From positions 448,001 to 512,000 of the forward strand of contig CAWBZI010000001.1 in the NCBI GenBank assembly GCA_963793265.1: a DNA stretch of 64,000 bases, written 5' to 3'. This document shows positions 1 through 9,202 of the stretch, piece after piece (the stretch's first letter is position 1; each line of letters begins with the position of its first letter). The notes beneath the pieces were generated by a model. The model saw only the letters and a list, made by a program, of their open reading frames with translations. It did not search any database and was not told where the DNA came from. The stretch is from an uncultured cyanobacterium. GTDB lineage: Bacteria > Cyanobacteriota > Cyanobacteriia > Phormidesmidales > Phormidesmidaceae. The translations under genes and the position numbers were made by a program.

Positions 1-159
1 CTAGTGTGTAACAGAGGCAATCGCCGAGCTTTGTTGTCCTATAGAAATCTGAACATATGGGGCGACCTTTGTAGAAACGAGCGTAGGGTACTCTGTGTTT
101 GTAAAGTGTTTATAGACTGCTGCTTACTAGCCGTTTGACTGTCTTTTAGATACGGACTT

Positions 160-1782
160 TTGAATACAGACGCTGTGCCTTTTCATCTTTTAGTCGCTAT
201 TCTGCCAGCGATCGCGGCTTTTCTCTCTGGTAGCTTTGCCCTCTACGCCTGGCAACGTCGCGATATCAATGGTGCTCAGTCGTTCGCGCTGTGCTCAGGC
301 AGCGTCTTTATTTGGTGCTTTTTTGCTGTTTTTGAGCAGCTCGCACCCACGCGATCGCAGCAAATTATGTTCGGCAAGCTCGAATATTTTGGCATTGCGT
401 CTTTTCCATCATTTTGGATCGTCTTTACGCTTCAGTACGCCCAGTACGACCGCTGGCTGAGCAAGCGAGTGCTTAAAGCGCTTAGCATTATTCCGATACT
501 GACGGTGGCGTTTGCCTTAAGCGATCGCTTTCATGGCCTAGTTTGGAAGGCAGCCGAGTTTTACTCAGAGCCTTTTCCCCGCCTTGAAATTACGCATGGC
601 TGGTGGTTCAATCATGTTGCCATTCCCTACTGCTACGCGATGCTTATTGTGGGACTAGGCGTCCTGTCGATAGCATCTTTTTCTGGATCGCGACTGCACA
701 AGCGGCAGACACTTGTGCTCCTGTCTAGTGCCCTATTCACGTTCGTAATCAACGTCATCTATATCATGACGGGCCATACCCTATATGGCCTAGATCCTAC
801 GCCAATAGGGTTTACGTTTCTAAGCTTAGCGATTCGGCTGAGCCTGTTTCACACCAAATTTCTAGATATTTCGCCTATTTCTTACAAAACGGTTTTTCTC
901 AATACGGCTGATGCGGTTATTTTGTTAGACCAACGGCAGCGTATTGTGGATTTGAATCCGAGTGCTTTGGCTGAGCTGGCGACGCAAATTGATGAGGCTG
1001 CTGTCATTGGCCAACCGTTTGGGCAAGTGTTTTCAGAGTATGGAACGGTGCTGAAGAAATTAGCAGGCGACGCTAGTGAGATAACCGAAGTTTTGAGGCT
1101 ACTTCGGTTACCGCTTAACTCGCAAAGCGGTCAGGTTCGAGAGATTTTTCGGAATGTGAAGGTGCGATCGCTGCTAAGCCCTGGCGGTAGATCAATAGGC
1201 TGGGTGATCATCATTCGCGACGTGACCTTAGAGAAGCAGCAGCAGGCGCAGCTAGAGCAGTTTGCCTTTATCGATAGCCTCACAGGCTTATTCAATCGTC
1301 GGCAGCTAGAGCTAAAAGCCGAAGAGATATTTGTGCCAGAGCCCTTCACAGATATTGCTACGCCGATCGCTTTACTTTATATCGATCTCAACCGCTTTAA
1401 GCCGATTAACGATACCTATGGTCACGATGTGGGTGACGAAGTGCTACAGCATTTTGCACAGTGTTTAAGAAGTAGCGTGCGCCAAGGCGATATGGTAGCT
1501 CGGATTGGAGGTGATGAGTTTGTTGCGCTGCTGTATGAGGCGAATAGGGCCGTGGCTTTGGAGGTGCGATCGCGTCTGCTCAAGTTATTAAACCGGCCTG
1601 TGGTGCTAGCGGGCCATTCATTTACTCTCAGCGCGAGCGTTGGCATTACTTACTATCCGCAAGAAGGCACGACCTTACAAGACTTACTGCGGCAGGCAGA
1701 TGCCAATATGTATCAAGAAAAGCGGCTATCAAAAGCGGCTAAATCTATTACTGGATCACAGCACGGTATATCGCAACGATAG
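160..1782 (+). CDS. Membrane-bound diguanylate cyclase (HisKA_7TM-like N-terminus, PAS, GGDEF)
   Basis: About 7 hydrophobic helices, PAS-like 'DAVILLDQRQRIVDLNPSA', 'DSLTGLFNRR', 'DLNRFKPINDTYGH', intact 'RIGGDEF' and an RxxD I-site (RQGD). Confidence 0.9.
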   Translation: MNTDAVPFHLLVAILPAIAAFLSGSFALYAWQRRDINGAQSFALCSGSVFIWCFFAVFEQLAPTRSQQIMFGKLEYFGIASFPSFWIVFTLQYAQYDRWLSKRVLKALSIIPILTVAFALSDRFHGLVWKAAEFYSEPFPRLEITHGWWFNHVAIPYCYAMLIVGLGVLSIASFSGSRLHKRQTLVLLSSALFTFVINVIYIMTGHTLYGLDPTPIGFTFLSLAIRLSLFHTKFLDISPISYKTVFLNTADAVILLDQRQRIVDLNPSALAELATQIDEAAVIGQPFGQVFSEYGTVLKKLAGDASEITEVLRLLRLPLNSQSGQVREIFRNVKVRSLLSPGGRSIGWVIIIRDVTLEKQQQAQLEQFAFIDSLTGLFNRRQLELKAEEIFVPEPFTDIATPIALLYIDLNRFKPINDTYGHDVGDEVLQHFAQCLRSSVRQGDMVARIGGDEFVALLYEANRAVALEVRSRLLKLLNRPVVLAGHSFTLSASVGITYYPQEGTTLQDLLRQADANMYQEKRLSKAAKSITGSQHGISQR

Positions 1783-1876
1783 ATGGCTAAAGGGGTGATA
1801 GGTACGTAAGAAAACAGGTAAGGTTATTATGACCTTTGTGCTTACTTCTTTTAGCGACTTCTCGTAACCGACCTAT

Positions 1877-3553
1877 ATGCGATATCTCATCACCAGCGCC
1901 CTGCCATACATCAACGGCATCAAGCATCTTGGCAACTTGGTGGGCTCGATGCTACCAGCAGATGTGTATGCGCGGTTTTTGAGACAAGAAGGTGAGGAAG
2001 TTCTTTACATATGTGCAACCGATGAGCATGGCACTCCGGCTGAGATTGCCGCACTAGAAGAAGGACTAGATGTAGCCGCCTTTTGTACGAGGCAGTATGA
2101 GCGGCAGGCGGATATCTATAAAAAGTTTGGTCTATCGTTTGATTACTTCGGACGGACATCTTCTACAGATCAAAAAGATTTGACGCAGGACTTTTACCGC
2201 AGCTTAGACAGAGAAGGCTTTATTGAAGAGCGCGAAATTAGTCAGGTTTATTCTGTTGCAGATGAGCGTTTTTTGCCCGATCGCTATGTAGAAGGTACCT
2301 GCCCAAACTGTGGCTACGAGAAGGCCAGAGGCGATCAGTGCGAGAACTGTACGAAGCTTTTGAACCCTACAGACTTAATCAATCCGCGATCGGCAGTTTC
2401 GGGCTCTACTGATGTAGAAGTGCGAACGAGTCGGCATTTGTTTTTGCGGCTCGACCAGCTCAGCGGTGAAGTACGTGACTGGGTAGACGAGCAGACTGAC
2501 TGGCCGAATTTGACTAAATCGATTGCCTATAAGTGGCTAGATGAAGGGCTGCAAAGCCGAGGGATTACGCGCGACCTGAAGTGGGGGGTGCCGGTGCCCA
2601 AAGAAGGCTTTGAGGATAAGGTTTTTTATGTGTGGTTCGATGCGCCGATTGGGTATGTGTCAGCCACTAAGAGCTGGGGCGATCGCGAAAATAAAGACTG
2701 GAAAAGCTGGTGGTACGACGCTAAAGACGTTCGCTACACCCAGTTCATGGCAAAAGACAATCTGCCTTTTCACACCATCATGTGGCCTGCGACCATTTTA
2801 GGCACGCGCGAGCCCTGGAAGATGGCGGACTACATTAAGGGCTTTAACTGGCTGAACTACTACGGCGGTAAGTTTTCCACCAGCTCTAAGCGAGGCGTGT
2901 TCTTAGATCAAGCCCTGGAGATTGCACCGCCTGACTATTGGCGATATATGCTGATGGCCTCTGCGCCAGAGTCGTCAGATTCGGCGTTTACCTGGGAGCA
3001 GTTTCAAACCAAGGTGAATAAAGAGCTAGCTGATAACTTTGGTAATTTTGTTAACCGGATTTTGAAGTTTACGGCCTCAAAGTTTGGCAATGAACTGCCA
3101 GCAGGTGGAGAGCCAGGTGAGGCAGAAGCTGAGCTGGAAGGGCGGTGTGAGGAGCTGGTGGGGGAGTTGCGATCGCACCTACACAACATGGAATTTCGCA
3201 AAGCCACCGAAACCCTCAACGCCCTCTGGTCAGCTGGGAATCAATACATAGACGTACGCGCACCTTGGACTTTGTTTAAGCAAGACAAAGCGCTAGCGGC
3301 AGTTGTCATTCGCACCTGCATCAACCTAATTCGCCTGTATGCAATAGCTTCAGCCCCTTTCATTCCCACCACTGTAGAACAGCTATTCGACGCTCTACAG
3401 CTCACCGAATCAGAACGCCGTAGTACGATGACCGTAGCGACTGACTTAACTATCCTCAAAGCCGGTCGAGCTTTTAACGTTCCACCTGTACTGATTCAAA
3501 AAATAGACGATGATCGTGTAGCCGAACTTAAGAACCAGTATGGAGGTGATTGA
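1877..3553 (+). CDS. metG: Methionine--tRNA ligase
   Basis: 'ITSALPYING..HLGN' HIGH motif, Zn-knuckle CPNC...CENC, 'KFSTS' KMSKS-equivalent, 'YVWFDAPIGY'. Confidence 0.97.
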   Translation: MRYLITSALPYINGIKHLGNLVGSMLPADVYARFLRQEGEEVLYICATDEHGTPAEIAALEEGLDVAAFCTRQYERQADIYKKFGLSFDYFGRTSSTDQKDLTQDFYRSLDREGFIEEREISQVYSVADERFLPDRYVEGTCPNCGYEKARGDQCENCTKLLNPTDLINPRSAVSGSTDVEVRTSRHLFLRLDQLSGEVRDWVDEQTDWPNLTKSIAYKWLDEGLQSRGITRDLKWGVPVPKEGFEDKVFYVWFDAPIGYVSATKSWGDRENKDWKSWWYDAKDVRYTQFMAKDNLPFHTIMWPATILGTREPWKMADYIKGFNWLNYYGGKFSTSSKRGVFLDQALEIAPPDYWRYMLMASAPESSDSAFTWEQFQTKVNKELADNFGNFVNRILKFTASKFGNELPAGGEPGEAEAELEGRCEELVGELRSHLHNMEFRKATETLNALWSAGNQYIDVRAPWTLFKQDKALAAVVIRTCINLIRLYAIASAPFIPTTVEQLFDALQLTESERRSTMTVATDLTILKAGRAFNVPPVLIQKIDDDRVAELKNQYGGD

Positions 3554-3682
3554 GTAGTATTTCTAAGCACTTCTGATACTCGTATCTTGGACATTAGATA
3601 CTGAGTTGCTGTCAGCATATGTATATTTGGGATATGTCTAATCGGTCACTATTTTTTATACTCAAGTAAGTAGAGTTAGTTT

Positions 3683-3922
3683 TTGGGAGGAATAGCACAG
3701 CCAAAACCTTCTATCGTGGACAAGTTCAGGGTAGTTGGAATAGAAAGCGGTAGAAAAGTCTATAGAGACGATACAGAAAATCGATACTACACATGGGATT
3801 CGATGCACGGAGAGTTTGAAGTATTTAACAAAAATGGTCGTCACTTAGGTGCGGTCTGTCCCACTACTGGAGACTTGATCAAGCCTGCTGTGAAAGGCAG
3901 GAAAATAAATAAACAAAATTAG
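3683..3922 (+). CDS. Stand-alone colicin E3-like cytotoxic RNase domain protein
   Basis: 'YYTWDSMHGEFEVFNKNGRHLGAVCPTTG..IKPAVKGRKI' matches the colicin E3 C-terminal RNase pattern (WDSQHGELEGY...GQHLG..DPKTG...R); TTG start. Confidence 0.8.
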   Translation: MGGIAQPKPSIVDKFRVVGIESGRKVYRDDTENRYYTWDSMHGEFEVFNKNGRHLGAVCPTTGDLIKPAVKGRKINKQN

Positions 3923-3932
3923 GAAGCGACAG

Positions 3933-4244
3933 ATGAGTTTTATCAAGATGTGCCTTGCTGGTGATGTTTTAGAAGATGAAATAGATGAATTCGTAGATAG
4001 ATGGCATGACGGTATAATCGGTGAAGGTCAGCAACTATACGAACTCTTAGGGATGACTTGGGAGGAATATTCTCTCTGGGCAACTCGACCATCAATACTG
4101 CCCTTTATTTTAGCTGCGCATAAGAACAAAACGGATGTCACAACTGAGCTTAACCAGGAGAGATATGCCTTAGCAGCTAGGGCCGAAACTGCTAAGGAAG
4201 CTGAGCAAATAGAGGATTGGTTGAAAAGTATAGGGAAGGCATAG
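3933..4244 (+). CDS. Small acidic hypothetical protein (candidate immunity protein or antitoxin)
   Basis: 103 aa with an ATG start and upstream AGGAAG; starts 10 bp after the toxin-domain gene; D/E-rich N-half. Confidence 0.75.
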   Translation: MSFIKMCLAGDVLEDEIDEFVDRWHDGIIGEGQQLYELLGMTWEEYSLWATRPSILPFILAAHKNKTDVTTELNQERYALAARAETAKEAEQIEDWLKSIGKA

Positions 4245-5191
4245 TGGAAGCCGTAGAAAAGATGGCTGCAAGGGTTCTCCACCGGAACGGGCTTATACCC
4301 CCGTATAACCTAGAAGCTTTGGCAAGTAAGTACGGAAACGTTGAATATCACCGATTTCCTCTAAATGCGGATGGAGTTACTGTTGGTATAGGTCGCGACA
4401 CTACACCACAGATTCTAGTCAATAAAGGGATTTCCCAAAGCAGACAGAAATTTACTTTGGCTCATGAATTAGGGCACGTGATAATTCCATGGCACGTTGG
4501 TACAATCGTTTCACATCTAGAGCTAAAAGCTTATGCCCAAGATGAATATCGGCAAATGGAATCTGAAGCTAATCGGTTTGCCGCCGAGCTATTGATACCT
4601 ACTGTATGGACTAAGAAACAAGTAAGTTTCTTTAAATCATACGGAAAGTACCTAGAATTCATCGTTGCCTCAACGGGTGCGTCTAGAGATGCCGTATTAA
4701 TCAAGATCTTTCCTATTCTAGATCAACCTATTGTCTGTGCTCAACATGACGAATCGGGAGAGATCATTAATTACTATCACACTCCATCAGCGCCTCCATG
4801 TTTTGATTTATCGGGAAAGAATATTTCCAGAGACAAGCTGTTTCTTACGCCTTGCAAAACGGAAGAATTTTACTTAGGAGATAGAAGGTATTATCTGTGG
4901 GAGTTTGAGAAAGAAGCAATAGACGAAAGTGATAGTCGAAGCTGGAGGGAAATCCTCTCTATCATCCTCTCTGAAGCAGATTGTGAGCATCTGCAACAGA
5001 ACGTAAATGCTGTCCTGCCAAGTGAAGTTAAGCCAAATAAGCATGGCTCTGTTAATGAGATATGTAACGCTGTTATGAGACGGTACGACGGTAGAGACTC
5101 ATCTAGGCCAGTAGTAGCTCATCCGCTCTTCAAGCAATACGTAGTTAAAAGAGTCAAAGAGCTAATTGCCCGTAGGAAAAAGATGGTATAG
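4244..5191 (+). CDS. ImmA/IrrE family Zn metallo-endopeptidase with a C-terminal extension
   Basis: 'RQKFTLAHELGH' HExxH and 'MESEANRFAAELLIP'. The likely GTG start at 4244 overlaps the upstream TAG (the ORF track starts at 4217). Confidence 0.88.
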   Translation: MEAVEKMAARVLHRNGLIPPYNLEALASKYGNVEYHRFPLNADGVTVGIGRDTTPQILVNKGISQSRQKFTLAHELGHVIIPWHVGTIVSHLELKAYAQDEYRQMESEANRFAAELLIPTVWTKKQVSFFKSYGKYLEFIVASTGASRDAVLIKIFPILDQPIVCAQHDESGEIINYYHTPSAPPCFDLSGKNISRDKLFLTPCKTEEFYLGDRRYYLWEFEKEAIDESDSRSWREILSIILSEADCEHLQQNVNAVLPSEVKPNKHGSVNEICNAVMRRYDGRDSSRPVVAHPLFKQYVVKRVKELIARRKKMV

Positions 5192-5238
5192 CAAAGAATT
5201 CTTTACAAGTCAGTCAGGGAGTAAGGCTGTAAGGAAAA

Positions 5239-5264
5239 GCTGCTTGCTCATGAGAGCAAGCAGC
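5239..5264. terminator. Hairpin between convergent genes (probable intrinsic terminator)
   Basis: GCTGCTTGCTC-ATGA-GAGCAAGCAGC, an 11-bp stem followed by a T-run on the minus strand. Confidence 0.6.
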
Positions 5265-5309
5265 CCATGGAGCTGTATATTTTGTCAAAGCTGAATATTG
5301 GTTAATCTT

Positions 5310-5744
5310 CTATGCGATCGTTTCGCTTAAAACATCGGCGGGCTGATGGCCAATCGCTTCGATAAACGCCGTTCTATTTTTGGGCGAGACTAGGATGAAG
5401 CGCTGTTTGCCGTAGTCAATTTTAAGGCGGTTGATTGACAGGGCTGGGGAAGAAATCCAGGTGCGGCTGGCGGTGACGGAGCGAATTTGTTCTAGCGGAA
5501 CAGACCAAGAGAAGGGGCCTGCTTGAATGCGCAAGATGGCAGAATCAACGCGATAGTACGTGGAGAGTAGTAGCCAAATTGGAATAATCGAAACTACCAC
5601 TAGAGCGCCAATAGTGAGTACCGTGGCCTTAGCGTTTTCATCGGATAAGTTGGAGAGTGCTGCGCTAAATAGAACAATAGGTAGACTGAAGACTAAACCA
5701 TAAAACCAGGGGTCAACGGCGGATCTAAAGAACATATTGAACAC
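5310..5744 (-). CDS. Bacterial PH-domain membrane protein
   Basis: Two N-terminal TM helices followed by 'TYYRV...LRIQAGPF...SSPALSINRLKIDYG...ILVSPK'. Confidence 0.7.
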   Translation of the reverse strand: MFNMFFRSAVDPWFYGLVFSLPIVLFSAALSNLSDENAKATVLTIGALVVVSIIPIWLLLSTYYRVDSAILRIQAGPFSWSVPLEQIRSVTASRTWISSPALSINRLKIDYGKQRFILVSPKNRTAFIEAIGHQPADVLSETIA

Positions 5745-5922
5745 TCACATAAACTCGATAATGGCAGCGATGCGCTGTGTTCTTAGATTACCCAACAAGA
5801 AATATTGATATCTATTGGGCTCAATCAATCAGTTATGTTTGATGTAAATTGGCTACAAGCAGCGGAATTATTGAGCTGTATGTGGTATCTAGAAGGTCAT
5901 ACTGTGATTTGGCTTAGATGAC

Positions 5923-6558
5923 GTGATAGATAGCGCAACGTTAGTTTCGTTTGGGATCGCAGCGGCTTTACTGGTGGCGATGCCGGGGCCTGCGACACTG
6001 TATATTGTGACGCGCAGTTTGGATCAGGGGCGCTCGGCGGGGGTGGCTTCGGTGTTAGGAATTTCGGTGGGGGCGATCGCACACTTCATAGCCGCAGGCT
6101 TCGGCCTCTCTGCCATCCTAATGACATCAGCAACCGCATTCTCTGCCGTCAAATATGCTGGGGCTTTATACCTAATCTACTTAGGCATCCAAAAACTACG
6201 CTCTAACGAAACGCTGAAGATAGATGGTGAGGTACCCAAAGAACCTTTGCTGAAGATCTTTCGCCAAGGCGTTATTGTGAACGTTTTGAACCCAAAGGCC
6301 GCTATCTTCTCTCTGGCCTTTCTACCCCAGTTCATCAATCCTACGGGCGCACCAGTATGGCAGCAGTTGAGCTTACTGTGCTTCGTATTTATATGCATTG
6401 GCCTATTGGGAGATAGCACCTACGCAATGCTTGCTGGGCAAATGCGCCAGTGGATTGTGAAGCACCCTAAGTTTTTGCGCCGACAAAAATACGTGACAGG
6501 CGGCACATATATTGCCTTAGGCATGGCCGCAGCGACGGTAGGGCCGAACCAAAAGTAG
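5923..6558 (+). CDS. LysE/RhtB family translocator
   Basis: 'PGPATLYIV', 'KYAGALYLIYLG', 'NVLNPKAAIF'. Confidence 0.92.
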   Translation: MIDSATLVSFGIAAALLVAMPGPATLYIVTRSLDQGRSAGVASVLGISVGAIAHFIAAGFGLSAILMTSATAFSAVKYAGALYLIYLGIQKLRSNETLKIDGEVPKEPLLKIFRQGVIVNVLNPKAAIFSLAFLPQFINPTGAPVWQQLSLLCFVFICIGLLGDSTYAMLAGQMRQWIVKHPKFLRRQKYVTGGTYIALGMAAATVGPNQK

Positions 6559-6581
6559 GGGATAAAGGAAAATGATCGAGT

Positions 6582-7628
6582 GTGTTGAGGGCTATTGGCG
6601 TGTTTTTTCTGAGTCGCACTAAGTTTGTTACTTTTGTTCTGCTGGGGCTAATAGCTTTACTAAGCACTTCGCTGGTAAGCTGCTATCGTGGTGCGGCAAC
6701 GGGCGGCGGCAATCCAACTGTCGAGTCCTTTGTTGCAGTCACCCAAATCGTCAAACACCCAGCTTTGAATGCCGTTCGCGATGGCATAAAAGAAGCCCTG
6801 GCGGATGCTGGATATAGAGAGGGAGAGTCTTTACGGTGGGAGTGGCTGAGTGCGCAAGGAAGCCCGCCAACAGCAGCGCGGATTGCGAGTAAGTATGCTG
6901 GGGCTAATCCTGATGTGATTGTCGCGATCGCAACCCCAAGCGCCCAAGCTGTCGCAGCAGCAGCGAAAAACATCCCCGTCGTTTTCTCAGCCGTTAGCGA
7001 TCCGGTTGGTGCAAACCTCGTTAACAATATCAATAAGCCTGGCAGCAACATAACTGGCGTTAGCGATCTTTCTCCTATCGCTCAACATCTAGCATTAATC
7101 AGAGAAATCTTACCTGAAGCAGAAACGCTCGGTGTGATTTATAGCGCCGAAGAGAAGAACGCTGCAAGCCTGATTAGTTTATTGAAAGAACAGGCTCCCG
7201 ATCAGGGCTTCAATGAAGTCAAGGAAGCGACAGTATCTACTGCTATTGAAGCGATAGGGGTCGCGCGTAGCTTGGTCGGAACGGTAGACGCAATATACGT
7301 GCCGACTGACTTAAGTATTGACAAGACAGGCATATCGATGCTTGAATCAGTAGCTCAAGTGGGTCAGGATAACGATTTTCCGGTGTTTTCAGGGGATGTG
7401 AACGCTGTTGAAAGGGGTGCGATCGCCAGCATTAGTTTCAACTACTACGACATAGGTCGTCAGACCGGGCAAATGGTAATAAAAGTGCTCGAAGGTAGCA
7501 GACCAGAAAATCTACCCGTCGAATATGTTAGTACCATACAGCTATCTATAAACCCAAAGTCAGCATCAGAAATGGGCGTGACGCTTCCTAGCGAAGTTAT
7601 TGAGCGAGCAGACCGAGTTATTGAATAA
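6582..7628 (+). CDS. ABC transporter substrate-binding lipoprotein (aromatic amino acid-binding type)
   Basis: Lipobox LVSC; 'QIVKHPAL', 'IATPSAQA', 'IPVVFSAVSDP', 'NITGVSD'. Confidence 0.85.
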   Translation: MLRAIGVFFLSRTKFVTFVLLGLIALLSTSLVSCYRGAATGGGNPTVESFVAVTQIVKHPALNAVRDGIKEALADAGYREGESLRWEWLSAQGSPPTAARIASKYAGANPDVIVAIATPSAQAVAAAAKNIPVVFSAVSDPVGANLVNNINKPGSNITGVSDLSPIAQHLALIREILPEAETLGVIYSAEEKNAASLISLLKEQAPDQGFNEVKEATVSTAIEAIGVARSLVGTVDAIYVPTDLSIDKTGISMLESVAQVGQDNDFPVFSGDVNAVERGAIASISFNYYDIGRQTGQMVIKVLEGSRPENLPVEYVSTIQLSINPKSASEMGVTLPSEVIERADRVIE

Positions 7629-7641
7629 AACTACGGTCGAA

Positions 7642-8385
7642 TCAGAAGAACAACAACAGACCCGAATAGCCCAGCGCGCCTGCTGCGAACATGCCAAACT
7701 TGCTCTCGTTCGCCTGTGGTAGCTCTTCTTTGAGCACATTAAGAATGATGCTGCCCGCCAAAAACGCAAACAATACCGCCGTAGCCGCTTCGCTGATTGT
7801 TGTCTGAGTGCCTAGAACCCAGCCAAAGATAACAGCGCCTGCTAGGATCCAGCGCCCTATTTTATCGTAGACATGCTTATGATCGCCGCACAGGCTGTAG
7901 TCATTAACAATAAAATGTAGCGCCATCGCAAAGACATACACCATCAGGCTCACTAGGCCCCCATCTTCGCGATGCATCAGCAGATAGCCAATAAGCGCGT
8001 TGTACAGAGAGAATGAAACCATGTGTAGCCAAAAAACATCGGCCTGAGTGGCGTCATCACCGCCGCTCCGCACACTTCGCTCCCTAGAGGCGTCTGCCGC
8101 TCGCTCTAACCCATAAAATGCAACCATTCCTACTAGAGACAAGATATAGACATGGTGCTCAATGGCATCTATAAACTGCACGTGAGACTGGAGCTGTTCT
8201 TGCGCTTCCCCTAAATCTGGCAAAATATGTACGAACACATACGCTACTGACACGCCGCTGCCTAGCGAAAGCCACCGACTTCGGGGCGACTTCCTTAAAA
8301 ACTTGAGCTTTCCAGCATAGATGTGGATCAGAGCTAGCAGCAAGGCTGACAAGCCCGTGATCCACCAGAGCGAGCTGTCATTCAT
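7642..8385 (-). CDS. Multi-pass membrane protein (ZIP-like His motifs)
   Basis: About 8 TM helices; 'VSVAYVFVHILP', 'AMALHF', 'LNVLKEELP'. Confidence 0.65.
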   Translation of the reverse strand: MNDSSLWWITGLSALLLALIHIYAGKLKFLRKSPRSRWLSLGSGVSVAYVFVHILPDLGEAQEQLQSHVQFIDAIEHHVYILSLVGMVAFYGLERAADASRERSVRSGGDDATQADVFWLHMVSFSLYNALIGYLLMHREDGGLVSLMVYVFAMALHFIVNDYSLCGDHKHVYDKIGRWILAGAVIFGWVLGTQTTISEAATAVLFAFLAGSIILNVLKEELPQANESKFGMFAAGALGYSGLLLFF

Positions 8386-8426
8386 AGCAACCTAAAGATC
8401 TGAGGGGTAGATCTATAGGTTAATGG

Positions 8427-8726
8427 CTATGGTGTTGCAGTACCACCACTTTGTCTGGCTCGTGACGTGCCTTGCTTAGAGAGCACGTCTTCGTCAACAG
8501 CCTGATCGCTCAAGTTGCCTTGGGCTCGCTCAATGGCAGCTTCAGTGGCTTCGGTTACTGGCTGGGCAGCGTCAGCCTGTCTATTCTGAGCCTGTGAAGG
8601 TGATATGGCGGTGGTATCTGCTTGAGAACAAGCAGTAGCAGTGATGACCAAAACGCCCGCTAAAAACACGATTAGTAGCTTGCGCATTTGCTTGTACGCC
8701 TGCACAGTTTGAGAAAGTAAGCTCAT
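8427..8726 (-). CDS. Small lipoprotein, hypothetical
   Basis: Signal peptide 'MRKLLIVFLAGVLVITATAC' with a lipobox; ATG at 8726 preceded by AAGGAA. Confidence 0.65.
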   Translation of the reverse strand: MSLLSQTVQAYKQMRKLLIVFLAGVLVITATACSQADTTAISPSQAQNRQADAAQPVTEATEAAIERAQGNLSDQAVDEDVLSKQGTSRARQSGGTATP

Positions 8727-8886
8727 CGTTTGGTTCCTTATTTTATAAAATCGAACACTGCTGCTGAGCTTATTAGGATATTTATTATTAGTCGTCAGGC
8801 TGAAGACAGACATTCAGCCTAGCCGCTATGGTAAGCGGTATGGCGATAAGGCTTTTCTCTTTCTTTAGATACAGGATACTAACGCA

Positions 8887-9066
8887 ATGAATAACGACTT
8901 TACGCGACTGGCTATTTTACTCTCTATTCTGTTGTTGATTGTATTTCCGTTTGCAGGGCTTGCGCCGCTGCTATTGATTGTGTTTGCGGCTGTCTTTGGC
9001 TGGATGCTACAGCTTGCTGGTACGGTGATTGGTGCAACTGAGCCAGAAGATGTAGAAAGGACATAG
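8887..9066 (+). CDS. 59-aa small membrane protein (not in the ORF track)
   Basis: Manual translation MNNDFTRLAILLSILLLIVFPFAGLAPLLLIVFAAVFGWMLQLAGTVIGATEPEDVERT*; AGGA upstream; strongly hydrophobic. Confidence 0.65.
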   Translation: MNNDFTRLAILLSILLLIVFPFAGLAPLLLIVFAAVFGWMLQLAGTVIGATEPEDVERT

Positions 9067-9202
9067 GCTCAGTAACAGTTGTCTCTTACGGTATAGATTC
9101 GATGGGGTTGAGATCGCAAGAACTCTACTTTTAGAAAGTTAAAAAAAGTAGGCTAATTCGTTGCTATATAGGCTGATGACCTGATTGAAAGGAGCCTTAA
9201 CT

